In this document: piece after piece, positions 28,874-37,253 of the stretch
How the letters are laid out: every line of letters starts with the position of its first letter
How positions within the stretch are numbered: the stretch's first letter is position 1
Origin: Clostridiales bacterium
Lineage (GTDB): Bacteria; Bacillota; Clostridia; Christensenellales; DTU072
DNA: 64,000 nt
Direction: 5' to 3'
Assembly (NCBI GenBank): GCA_012520515.1
Contig: JAAYOD010000032.1
Location: forward strand, 9,967-73,966
Notes under the pieces: generated by a model
Told to the model about the DNA's origin: nothing
What the model saw: only the letters and a program-made list of their open reading frames with translations
Database searches by the model: none
Program-made: the position numbers and the translations under genes

Positions 28874-28902
28874 ATTATACCCGAAATTATGGTATTTTGC
28901 AA
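28874..28902 (-). promoter_or_regulatory. sigma-A type promoter candidate for the exonuclease-methyltransferase unit
   Basis: Minus strand: TTGCAA, 17 nt, TATAAT. Confidence 0.55.
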
Positions 28903-28934
28903 CCTTTATAGCATATACCGTAAGGGTAATTCCA

Positions 28935-28963
28935 TTGACAAAAAAGGATATTTTTCTTATAAT
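28935..28963 (+). promoter_or_regulatory. consensus sigma-A promoter for the FAD-protein gene
   Basis: Perfect TTGACA (28935-28940), exactly 17 nt, perfect TATAAT (28958-28963). Divergent from the minus-strand promoter. Confidence 0.7.
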
Positions 28964-28996
28964 GGGTAATGGTGTTTAAAAGCAAAATTAGGAGAA

Positions 28997-30397
28997 ATGA
29001 ATATGAAAACTGATATAGTAATAGTAGGAGCTGGGCCTTCTGGCATATTTACCGCGCTAGAGCTTATAAGGTGTGGCAGTAACAAAAAAATCACCATCAT
29101 AGATAAAGGGCTTTCACTTAGGAAAAGGGCTTGCCCAAAACATAAGGTGGGACACTGCATAAACTGCCCATCATGCGCTATAACGACAGGTTTTGCGGGC
29201 GCTGGAGCATTTAGCGATGGCAAGCTTTCACTATGTACCGATGTTGGCGGAGATTTACCCAATCTTATTGGTCACGACCTTGCGCAAGAAACTATTGATT
29301 ACACCGACAAAATTTATTTAGACTTTGGCGCAGACGGCGAAATAGAAGGCGTTGGCAATCCCGAAAAAATAAAGGAAATCCGTAAAAAAGCCATTCAAGC
29401 AGGACTAAAGCTTATAGACTGCCCCATAAGGCATTTGGGTACGGAAAAAGCGCAGGCCATTTATTTTTCCATAGAGCAATTTTTACAAGAGAAAGGTGTA
29501 GAGCTTATCTTTAATTGCGCCTGCAACGATTTAATTATTAAAGATAATGCTTGCGTGGGAGTAGAATGTAAAAAAGGCAAAGAAGAGTTTGTTATAGAAG
29601 CTGGCAAAACAATAGTTTGCACAGGCAGGCGTGGCGCCGACTGGCTAGAAAAAATTTGTAGCGAATACAATATAGAGCATCAGCCAAGCACAGTAGACAT
29701 TGGCGTGCGTGTAGAAGTAAGAAATGAAATAATAGAAGAGATAAATGAAGTCTTATATGAAGGTAAGCTAGTTGGCTATCCCAATCCTTTTAAGGACAAG
29801 GTGCGCACATTTTGCCAAAATCCAGGCGGTTATGTAAGTCAAGAAAACTATGACAATGACCTAGCTGTCGTAAACGGGCATTCTTACAAGGGCAAAAAGA
29901 GCAACAACACCAACCTTAGCATACTTTGCTCTCATAATTTTACTACGCCCTTTAACCAGCCTATTGCCTATGCGCAAAAAGTGGGCGAAATCACCAATAT
30001 GCTTGCAAACGGCAGAATACTTGTGCAAAGGTTTGGCGATATCCTAAACGGCAAACGCACATGGCAAAAAGAGCTTACTCAAAGCAATCTAAAACCTACT
30101 CTAACTGACGCTATTGCAGGCGACATAACTGCGGCAATGCCGTATAGAGCTATGACAAACATCATAAATTTTATTAAAGCAATGGACAAGGTAGTTCCTG
30201 GATTTGCAAGCCCTGAAACGCTATTGTATTCTCCAGAGCTTAAATTTTATAGCAACAAAATTACAATGGATAAAAACTTTAACACCAATGTTAAAAACTT
30301 GCATTGTTTAGGAGACTCTACAGGCTGGACTAGGGGACTTATGATGGCTTCTGCTATGGGTGTGCTTATGGCAAGACGCTTGCTAGAATTAAAATAA
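28997..30397 (+). CDS. FAD-dependent oxidoreductase of unknown function (COG2509-like)
   Basis: 466 aa. N-terminal dinucleotide fold DIVIVGAGPSGIF. Cys cluster CPKHKVGHCINCPSC. Confidence 0.75.
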   Translation: MNMKTDIVIVGAGPSGIFTALELIRCGSNKKITIIDKGLSLRKRACPKHKVGHCINCPSCAITTGFAGAGAFSDGKLSLCTDVGGDLPNLIGHDLAQETIDYTDKIYLDFGADGEIEGVGNPEKIKEIRKKAIQAGLKLIDCPIRHLGTEKAQAIYFSIEQFLQEKGVELIFNCACNDLIIKDNACVGVECKKGKEEFVIEAGKTIVCTGRRGADWLEKICSEYNIEHQPSTVDIGVRVEVRNEIIEEINEVLYEGKLVGYPNPFKDKVRTFCQNPGGYVSQENYDNDLAVVNGHSYKGKKSNNTNLSILCSHNFTTPFNQPIAYAQKVGEITNMLANGRILVQRFGDILNGKRTWQKELTQSNLKPTLTDAIAGDITAAMPYRAMTNIINFIKAMDKVVPGFASPETLLYSPELKFYSNKITMDKNFNTNVKNLHCLGDSTGWTRGLMMASAMGVLMARRLLELK

Positions 30398-30443
30398 AAT
30401 TCTTGTCTTAAATTCCTTGCCTAATAGTATATCTTTTAAGCGT

Positions 30444-30471
30444 TTACTAAATATAACTTATTGGTTATAAT
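30444..30471 (+). promoter_or_regulatory. possible promoter of the DUF1538 operon
   Basis: TTACTA, 16 nt, TATAAT (30466-30471). Confidence 0.4.
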
Positions 30472-30521
30472 TATATCGCTTGAAAGTTGTATTTTATAAT
30501 AAAAATAAAGGAATATAATAG

Positions 30522-32231
30522 TTGAAAGATTTACTTAGCAAGCTTTACGAATCATTTTTATCAGTGCTTCCTATTAGTATAATAGTTGTTGCGCTAGGTT
30601 TAGTCCTGCCTACAATAAAAGGTATAGACATAGGCCTTTTTTTGATGGGCGCTATACTTGTCATGATAGGTATGACGCTGTTTTCTTTGGGCGCTGATAT
30701 TGCAATGCTGACTATTGGAAATTCTCTAGGTTCAGTTGTATCCAAAAACAAAAAACTAATTGCATCTATTGCTATCTGTCTTGTTATTGGACTTATAATA
30801 ACGCTGGCAGAACCAGACTTGCATGTGCTTAGTGAACAGCTTGCAAGCAAAGCCGTCATTTATAGCGTGGCAATAGGCGTAGGAATGTTTTTAGTAATTA
30901 GCTTGCTAAGAGTGGTTTTTGCAATCAAATTAAAATATATACTACTTATAAGTTATAGCTTAATTTTTATTTTGGCTTTATTTGTGCCAAATGAATACCT
31001 AGGTATTGCGCTAGATAGCGGGGGAGTTACCACAGGCCCTATAACAGTTCCCTTTTTGGTGTCTTTTGGTATAGGTCTTGCGGCGGTGCGCGAAGGAAAC
31101 TCTGACCACGATAACAGTTTTGGATTAATTGCACTTTGCTCAACAGGACCTATTCTTGCTATTTTGGTATTTGGCCTTATAAATAAATCACCTTTACCTT
31201 ATGTCGTTGTAGAAATCCCCCCCGTTGACAATTTTGGCGAAATGATAATGGTTTTTCTAAATGGATTTTTGCCATATATAAAGGAAGTTGGAATAGCGCT
31301 TGCGCCCATTGTGGTGGTTTTCTTTATCTTTCAATTTGTAGTGCTAAAATTGCCCAAAATGCAAGTTATTAGAATAATAATTGGGCTATTATATACTTTT
31401 GTGGGACTTACCTTGTTTTTAACAGGGGTATATGTTGGATTTATGCCAATTGGAGCAACGCTTGGCAATACTATAGCTGGCTCTATCTATAAATGGTGGC
31501 TTGTTCCGATAGGGCTTATAATAGGACTTGTTATTGTGTTTGCAGAACCCGCTGTCCATGTGCTTACTAAGCAAGTAGCAGATATAACAGCTGGCAGCAT
31601 TTCTAGAAAAAGTATGCTAATAAGCCTAGCACTTGGCGTGTCTGTATCTCTTGCGCTATCCATGGTAAGAGTGCTAAGCGGCATAAGCATATGGTATTTT
31701 GTGTTGCCTGTTTATATAGCGGCAGTTGTGCTAACCTTTATAGCTCCGCCTATATTTTCCGGCATAGCCTTTGACAGTGGCGGGGTGGCGGCTGGCTCTA
31801 TGGCGTCGGCGTTTTTGCTTCCTATGGGCATAGGCGCAAGCGTAGCTCTTGACGGCAATGTGCTTACCGATGCCTTTGGGTTAGTTGGCTTTGTGGCAAT
31901 GACCCCCCTTGTAACTATACAGTTGCTTGGTCTAATATATAAGTATAAAGATAAAGCAAAAAAGAAAGATATTGAAAAAGCAGATATTATACCGCAAATA
32001 GAAACTTTGACGGTGTCAGAGTATAATCAAGAAGTAATAGATTTTGATGAAGTTGCCATAAGCTTAGCAAAAGAGAGCGAAAAAGATAGTGAAGTTGATA
32101 ACAGCATAGCTATTGAGAATGAAAAGAAAATTGAAATTGATGACAACAAAGCAAAAGAGAGTGAAAAGGGTACAGAAGTGGTAGAAACTAGCGCAGATAA
32201 AGAAGAGCTTGTTAAGGATAAGGAAGAATAA
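30522..32231 (+). CDS. DUF1538-family integral membrane protein (internally duplicated) with an acidic C-terminal tail
   Basis: 569 aa, TTG start 10 nt after AAGGA. Two homologous halves each carry AEPxxHVL and DSGGV(T/A)(T/A)G motifs. Multiple TM segments. Confidence 0.8.
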   Translation: MKDLLSKLYESFLSVLPISIIVVALGLVLPTIKGIDIGLFLMGAILVMIGMTLFSLGADIAMLTIGNSLGSVVSKNKKLIASIAICLVIGLIITLAEPDLHVLSEQLASKAVIYSVAIGVGMFLVISLLRVVFAIKLKYILLISYSLIFILALFVPNEYLGIALDSGGVTTGPITVPFLVSFGIGLAAVREGNSDHDNSFGLIALCSTGPILAILVFGLINKSPLPYVVVEIPPVDNFGEMIMVFLNGFLPYIKEVGIALAPIVVVFFIFQFVVLKLPKMQVIRIIIGLLYTFVGLTLFLTGVYVGFMPIGATLGNTIAGSIYKWWLVPIGLIIGLVIVFAEPAVHVLTKQVADITAGSISRKSMLISLALGVSVSLALSMVRVLSGISIWYFVLPVYIAAVVLTFIAPPIFSGIAFDSGGVAAGSMASAFLLPMGIGASVALDGNVLTDAFGLVGFVAMTPLVTIQLLGLIYKYKDKAKKKDIEKADIIPQIETLTVSEYNQEVIDFDEVAISLAKESEKDSEVDNSIAIENEKKIEIDDNKAKESEKGTEVVETSADKEELVKDKEE

Positions 32232-32242
32232 AGGGGGAGAGA

Positions 32243-32605
32243 ATGTCAGAATTTGAAATTAAACCACTAAAGCTTATTGTGGTAATAGTTAACCGCAATA
32301 AAGATAAAAAGGTCATAAAAATGTTTAATGACCATGGTATTGATTATCATATTGCTATTCCCGCCAAAGGCACAGCGCCTACCGAAATGCTGTCATATTT
32401 TGGACTGGGCGAAAAGGAAAAGACAGTTATTTTAAGCATAGCTGAGCAAGAAAAGATAAAGATTATATTTAAACTGCTAAAAGAAGAGCTAGACATCAAT
32501 AATCCAGATACTGGAGTGGCATTTCAAATTAGGATTAGCAATCTATCAAGTATGTTGGCGCTTAAGTATCTTACTAGAAGTTTAGATAATAAGGAGGAAA
32601 AATAA
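32243..32605 (+). CDS. PII-like (GlnB-fold) small signalling protein, divergent
   Basis: 120 aa. Beta-alpha-beta pattern and length of the PII superfamily, with a non-canonical T-loop region (AKGTAPTEMLSYFGLG). Confidence 0.65.
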   Translation: MSEFEIKPLKLIVVIVNRNKDKKVIKMFNDHGIDYHIAIPAKGTAPTEMLSYFGLGEKEKTVILSIAEQEKIKIIFKLLKEELDINNPDTGVAFQIRISNLSSMLALKYLTRSLDNKEEK

Positions 32606-32608
32606 ATC

Positions 32609-32929
32609 ATGGTGGAATATTCGTTGCTTGTAGCTATTGTAGAACGCGGCTATTGTGAGACTGTTATGAAAGCGGCTAAGACAGCGGGCGCAAAAGGCGG
32701 CACTGTTTTGCATGGCAGGGGAACAGGCAGTTTAGACGCAACTAAGGTGTTGGGCATTACCATTGAGCCTGAAAAAGATATTGTGCTTATCGTAACAGAC
32801 AAAAGCATAAGAAAGGATATAATGAAAGCTATCTATCAGGAAGTAGGATTAACCACTGAAGGAAAAGGCATTGTGATATCCTTGCCTGTAGAAGATATAA
32901 TTGGACTTTCTAGCTTAGTTAAGGAATAG
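32609..32929 (+). CDS. PII-like (GlnB-fold) small signalling protein
   Basis: 106 aa. LLVAIVERG...AKGGTVLHGRGTG...DIVLIV pattern is typical of PII-like proteins. 3 nt after the previous gene. Confidence 0.7.
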   Translation: MVEYSLLVAIVERGYCETVMKAAKTAGAKGGTVLHGRGTGSLDATKVLGITIEPEKDIVLIVTDKSIRKDIMKAIYQEVGLTTEGKGIVISLPVEDIIGLSSLVKE

Positions 32930-32940
32930 GAAAAATTATT

Positions 32941-34368
32941 ATGGCAACAAAAAAGGTTCTTAGTGCAAAAAGCGCGTGGATTTATGCCTTAGGCATATTT
33001 GGAGTGCAATTATTTATAGGTTATATAAATACTTATCAGTCACAATTTTATACCAGTATGTTTGGCGCAAACCTTATGGCAGTAGCTGTCATTATACTTG
33101 TAGCTAAAGCTATAAGCTCCTTAGCAGACCCTTTTATAGGTAATCTAATTGACAGAAGCAACTTTAAAATGGGGAAAATGCGCCCCTTTATTTTTATGAG
33201 CGCATTTCCTTTGGCTTTTTTAACGACGCTTATGTTTATTGTGTTTGAATTTAAGTCGCAAACTGGTATGTATATTTACATAACGGTAACGACGCTGCTT
33301 TGGAATATAGCTATGAGTTTTGCTGACATTCCAAGTCAAGGTATGCTTGCCTTGCTTAGTCCAAACGCTGAAGAGAGAAATAGCGCAGCTGGCATTGCTA
33401 ACTTTTTAAAATCTGTTTCGCTAACTGTGCCTAGTGTAGCTGTGCCTGTTATTTGCGTATTGACAAAGTCAGAAAATGGCGCAATAAACGCAAAAGAATA
33501 TTTAATTGCCGCAATAGCATTTGGCATAATTGGACTAGCTTTATACTTGCTTATACCCTTTTTTGTTAAAGAAACCGTACCAAAGACAGAAAATATTATG
33601 AGCTTAAAAGAGATGGTTAAAGAGCTTAAACAAAACCGTATGCTTATGCTATTGTTTTTGTCATTTATGCTAGGGTTTGGGCGCAATATGGCAATGGGAA
33701 TAGGAGTTCAGGCAGGGGCTGTGCTATTAAAAGACGGTGTTACCTTGCCATTACTTGGTTTTATGGCAGGAGAAAATCTTGTTTGGTTAATTGGTCTAAC
33801 ATCTGGTCTTAGCGCAGTTATATCCATTCTTTTAATACCAATAATAAATAAAAAATGGGGAGAGAAAAAGACTTTTATTATCTTTGCTATTTACGGCGGT
33901 ATAGTTTGTGTTATTGCAACAATTTTGTATGTGCCAGGACTGCCTATCTTTAGAACGCTAGGCGCAATACTTGCATATCAGGTGTTTGTGGGCTTTAGTT
34001 TTGGACCGCATGGATATTTGCCTATGGTTATGGTTAGCGACATAGTAGATTATAGAGAGTGGCAGACAGGAAAAAGGACGGAAGGAATACAGTTTGCTGT
34101 GCTTAGCTTAAGCATTAAGATAAGTAATGCTTTAAGCGTGGCCGTGGGTATTTTTATAGTGGGCGCAGCTGGATATAACGCTGAAAAGGTGGCAAAAGGA
34201 TTGGTAACAATTACTTCCACTATGCAAAACTGGATATTTTTAGCCTATATCTTGATACCTGGCATATGTATGCTACTTTCCATAATTCCAATTTTAAGGT
34301 ATAAGATAGACGCCAAGGTAAAAGAAAAGATGTATGCTGACTTAGCGAAAGCTAGGCAAGCTGACTAA
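32941..34368 (+). CDS. GPH-family MFS transporter (paralog of the 419-1945 protein)
   Basis: 475 aa. GPH signature DPFIGNLIDRSNFKMGKMRPF and about 12 TM segments. Confidence 0.85.
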   Translation: MATKKVLSAKSAWIYALGIFGVQLFIGYINTYQSQFYTSMFGANLMAVAVIILVAKAISSLADPFIGNLIDRSNFKMGKMRPFIFMSAFPLAFLTTLMFIVFEFKSQTGMYIYITVTTLLWNIAMSFADIPSQGMLALLSPNAEERNSAAGIANFLKSVSLTVPSVAVPVICVLTKSENGAINAKEYLIAAIAFGIIGLALYLLIPFFVKETVPKTENIMSLKEMVKELKQNRMLMLLFLSFMLGFGRNMAMGIGVQAGAVLLKDGVTLPLLGFMAGENLVWLIGLTSGLSAVISILLIPIINKKWGEKKTFIIFAIYGGIVCVIATILYVPGLPIFRTLGAILAYQVFVGFSFGPHGYLPMVMVSDIVDYREWQTGKRTEGIQFAVLSLSIKISNALSVAVGIFIVGAAGYNAEKVAKGLVTITSTMQNWIFLAYILIPGICMLLSIIPILRYKIDAKVKEKMYADLAKARQAD

Positions 34369-34376
34369 TTTAGGTC

Positions 34377-34405
34377 TTGAAATCCATAGCTCCAATTGTT
34401 ATAAT
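34377..34405 (+). promoter_or_regulatory. sigma-A promoter for the tup operon
   Basis: TTGAAA (34377-34382), 17 nt, TGtTATAAT extended -10 (34400-34405). Confidence 0.65.
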
Positions 34406-34411
34406 ATATTT

Positions 34412-34526
34412 ATCATAATAATATCCGATTTGGTAGAACCTAAAGCAAAAAAGATTTGCCATGGCCTATCAAACGGGGTATAGCAGGGAAACCGCTATGC
34501 CTCCCATTGTGGAAAGGAGAGGAAAA
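34412..34526 (+). promoter_or_regulatory. candidate molybdenum/tungsten cofactor (Moco/Wco) riboswitch leader
   Basis: 115-nt leader between the predicted TSS and tupA. 8-bp hairpin GGTATAGC-AGGGAAAC-GCTATGCC, then CCTCCC able to pair with the GGAAAGGAGAGG Shine-Dalgarno region. Context (tungstate transporter) is typical for this class. Confidence 0.45.
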
Positions 34527-35468
34527 ATGAAAAAAACACTTTCAATCGCGCTGATTTTAGCGCTGCTTGTAATTTGCGTTACTGCTTTTACTGCTTGCAC
34601 AGGCAATGATGAGTTAACCATTCTTTTTGAGCAAGATGATGACCTCAAAAACACATACTCTGTTATAGCGGTAAACCCCGATGCGCCATTTGATACCACA
34701 AATGAAGTGAACATTAATAAAGAGGGCGCAGACGCTTTTATTAATTGGTTAAGCCTTAAATCAACAAGAGAGCTTATTGCGTCCTTTGGCGTAGAAAGCC
34801 ATGGCGAAAAGCTATTCTATTTGCAAGAAGACGCCACCGTTAAAGATGTGGAGATACCGCAAGCCACTAGTGACACTAAAGAAATTGCGCTATCGACCAC
34901 TACTTCAGTAAACGACTCTGGGCTTATGGCTTTTATTTTACCTGCATTTGAAAAAACTTACGGCTACAAAGTAAATGTGGCATCAGCAGGCACAGGCGCT
35001 GCAATAAAGGCGGCAGAGATGGGCAACGCTGACCTTATTTTAGTACATAGCAAAGCATCTGAAGAAGCTTTTGTAAACGCTGGCTTTGCTCGCAAAGTTG
35101 CAGGATTTAGCGCAGAGAGAATATCCTTTATGTATAACTATTTTGTGCTTGTAGGACCTAAGGCAGACCCTGCAAATGTTGAGCAATCAGCTAACATTAA
35201 AGAAGCTTTTGCCGCAATAGCTGACGCTAAGCTCACCTTTATATCGCGCGGCGATAAATCAGGCACACATAACGCTGAAGTAAAGCTTTGGGATAAAGAG
35301 CTAGGCATCACAAACGATGTTAGCGCTTTGCCAGAAGAGATAAAAGACTGGTATATTTCAGCAGGGCAAGGTATGGGCGCATGTCTTAACATGGCAGCGG
35401 AAAAGCAAGGCTATATCCTTAGCGATAAAGCTACTTTCCTTACATACAAAAAGAATTTAGCAAAATAA
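34527..35468 (+). CDS. tupA: tungstate ABC transporter substrate-binding lipoprotein
   Basis: Start at MKKTLS (strong GGAGAGG SD) rather than the track start 34461. Lipobox AFTAC. TupA-type motif TTTSVNDSGL. Confidence 0.8.
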   Translation: MKKTLSIALILALLVICVTAFTACTGNDELTILFEQDDDLKNTYSVIAVNPDAPFDTTNEVNINKEGADAFINWLSLKSTRELIASFGVESHGEKLFYLQEDATVKDVEIPQATSDTKEIALSTTTSVNDSGLMAFILPAFEKTYGYKVNVASAGTGAAIKAAEMGNADLILVHSKASEEAFVNAGFARKVAGFSAERISFMYNYFVLVGPKADPANVEQSANIKEAFAAIADAKLTFISRGDKSGTHNAEVKLWDKELGITNDVSALPEEIKDWYISAGQGMGACLNMAAEKQGYILSDKATFLTYKKNLAK

Positions 35469-35473
35469 GCTAA

Positions 35474-36160
35474 ATGGGTACTACACTAACTAGCGCGTTT
35501 AAGCTTATTTTTTCAGGGAGCGATATGCTCACCGAAATTGTATTAACCACGCTTAAAATGGCATTTTCAAGCTCCCTATTGGCGCTTTTATTAGGAGTGC
35601 CAATAGGGCTATTGATTGCTATAAGCAATTTTAAAGGAAAAGATGCAGTGGTAATGCTTTTAAGAACTTTTATGGGCTTTCCGCCTGTTGTTGCTGGCAT
35701 AGTTATTTATGTGCTTTTTTCAGGAACAGGACCATTTGGCAAACTAGGTCTTATCTATTCAGTTGAACTTATGATAATAGCTCAAGTGGTGCTAATAACA
35801 CCAATAGTAGCTGGCATGACAGAAAGTTCAGCAAGCGCAATTTGTCAAAGGTTTTTGGACACAGCAAAAGGACTAAAGCTAGGTTATGGCAAGGTGCTTG
35901 CATTAACCGTAATAGAGTGCAGGTATCAGCTTATCGCCGTATATTTGTTTGCCTTTGCTAGAGCAATGTCTGAAGTTGGCGCAGTGCAAATAGTGGGCGG
36001 CAATATTTTACACAAAACAAGAGTTATGACAACGACCATTGCGCTTAACTATAACACAGGGGAGTTTTCTTACGCTGTTGCACTTGGGGTAGTACTTATG
36101 CTTATTGTAGTTGCCGTAAATCTCATTGCAAGCCTATTGCAAAAGGGGACAAACAAATGA
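35474..36160 (+). CDS. tupB: tungstate ABC transporter permease
   Basis: 228 aa, 5-6 TM segments, ABC permease EAA-like loop (ARAMSEVGAVQIVGGN). Confidence 0.8.
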   Translation: MGTTLTSAFKLIFSGSDMLTEIVLTTLKMAFSSSLLALLLGVPIGLLIAISNFKGKDAVVMLLRTFMGFPPVVAGIVIYVLFSGTGPFGKLGLIYSVELMIIAQVVLITPIVAGMTESSASAICQRFLDTAKGLKLGYGKVLALTVIECRYQLIAVYLFAFARAMSEVGAVQIVGGNILHKTRVMTTTIALNYNTGEFSYAVALGVVLMLIVVAVNLIASLLQKGTNK

Positions 36161-36813
36161 TAATAACGGCAAAAAAAGTTTATGGTCAGAAAGTTGCTCT
36201 TGATGTTTCATGCCTTAAGTTTGAGCAAGGTAAAATTTATGCGCTGATAGGCGCTAACGGCTCAGGTAAATCTACTTTGTTAAAATGTCTTGCCAATATT
36301 GTTGATTTTGACGGTGAGATAAAAGAGCCTATAAAAGACATGGCGTATATGCCGCAGCATAGCTATGCTTTTTCTATATCGGTAAAGAATAATATTTTGC
36401 TGGCTTTTCCTTTTAAGGAGAGAAAAAAACACTTAGAAAGTGTTGATAAAATTATGGAAAAGTTAGAACTTGGCAAGCTAAAGAATAAAAACGCCAGCCG
36501 TCTTTCGGGAGGAGAAACGCAAAAAACTGCGCTTGCAAGACTTATGGTAAAAAAGCATTGCGCGCTATTGCTTGATGAGCCAACTTCGGCTATGGATATA
36601 AAAGCTGCGCTTAAGGTGGAAAATGAGCTTATAAACTACGCAAAAGAGCATAACACCACTGTTATTTTTGCCACTCATAGCTTGCGCCAAGCAAGCCTTG
36701 CCCATGAAGTAATATTTCTTAAAGATGGATATGTAGTGGAAAGGGAGCAAAGCGCTAATATTCTTAAGAGTCCAAAAAAAGCTGAAACTAAAGAGTTTAT
36801 AGATTTTTTTTAG
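36157..36813 (+). CDS. tupC: tungstate ABC transporter ATP-binding protein
   Basis: 218 aa. Walker A GANGSGKST, signature LSGGETQ, Walker B LLLDEP. ATGA overlap with tupB. Confidence 0.8.
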   Translation: MIITAKKVYGQKVALDVSCLKFEQGKIYALIGANGSGKSTLLKCLANIVDFDGEIKEPIKDMAYMPQHSYAFSISVKNNILLAFPFKERKKHLESVDKIMEKLELGKLKNKNASRLSGGETQKTALARLMVKKHCALLLDEPTSAMDIKAALKVENELINYAKEHNTTVIFATHSLRQASLAHEVIFLKDGYVVEREQSANILKSPKKAETKEFIDFF

Positions 36814-37253
36814 ATAATTTCTATGCTGTCGCCAGGTTTTATTATGCCGCCTGCAATTACCTTTGTAAAAATACCTTCTAAGGGCATAACGCAATGCCCA
36901 AATAGCTTTGCTATCTCACAACCTTGATTGGCGTGACACTTTTTGCCTATTTGACTGACTTCGTGAATAGTTTCTCCTATCTTAAGCCTAGTTCCTATGG
37001 GTAGCTTGTATAAAGTTATACCTTGAGTAGTTATGTTTTCAGCAAACTTTCCAGAGCAAAGCCCTTTAATATTTTTTATTTCTTCAAACTTTTTAATGCT
37101 CTCTACGCCAAGCAAGCTAACTTGTCTAATGCCAGGCCCTGCATGGGCATCATTTTCTATGCCATAATCTTGAATGCATTTTACAAGCGGCACAGGGTGT
37201 TTTATAATGCCTTTTTTTTCACTTATGTTTACAGCTACAACTTTTGCTTTCAT
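36810..37253 (-). CDS. MOSC-domain protein
   Basis: 147 aa. Beta-barrel MOSC-like sequence with conserved Cys ([10 protein letters not shown]). Last gene of the cofactor operon. Confidence 0.75.
   Translation of the reverse strand: MKAKVVAVNISEKKGIIKHPVPLVKCIQDYGIENDAHAGPGIRQVSLLGVESIKKFEEIKNIKGLCSGKFAENITTQGITLYKLPIGTRLKIGETIHEVSQIGKKCHANQGCEIAKLFGHCVMPLEGIFTKVIAGGIIKPGDSIEII

Noticed and set aside
34461-34526. 22-codon N-terminal extension of tupA given in the ORF track (MAYQTGYSRETAMPPIVERRGK)
   Set aside because: It has no SD. The extension would sit in front of the signal peptide and covers the structured leader. The internal ATG at 34527 has a strong GGAGAGG SD and begins a canonical lipoprotein signal.
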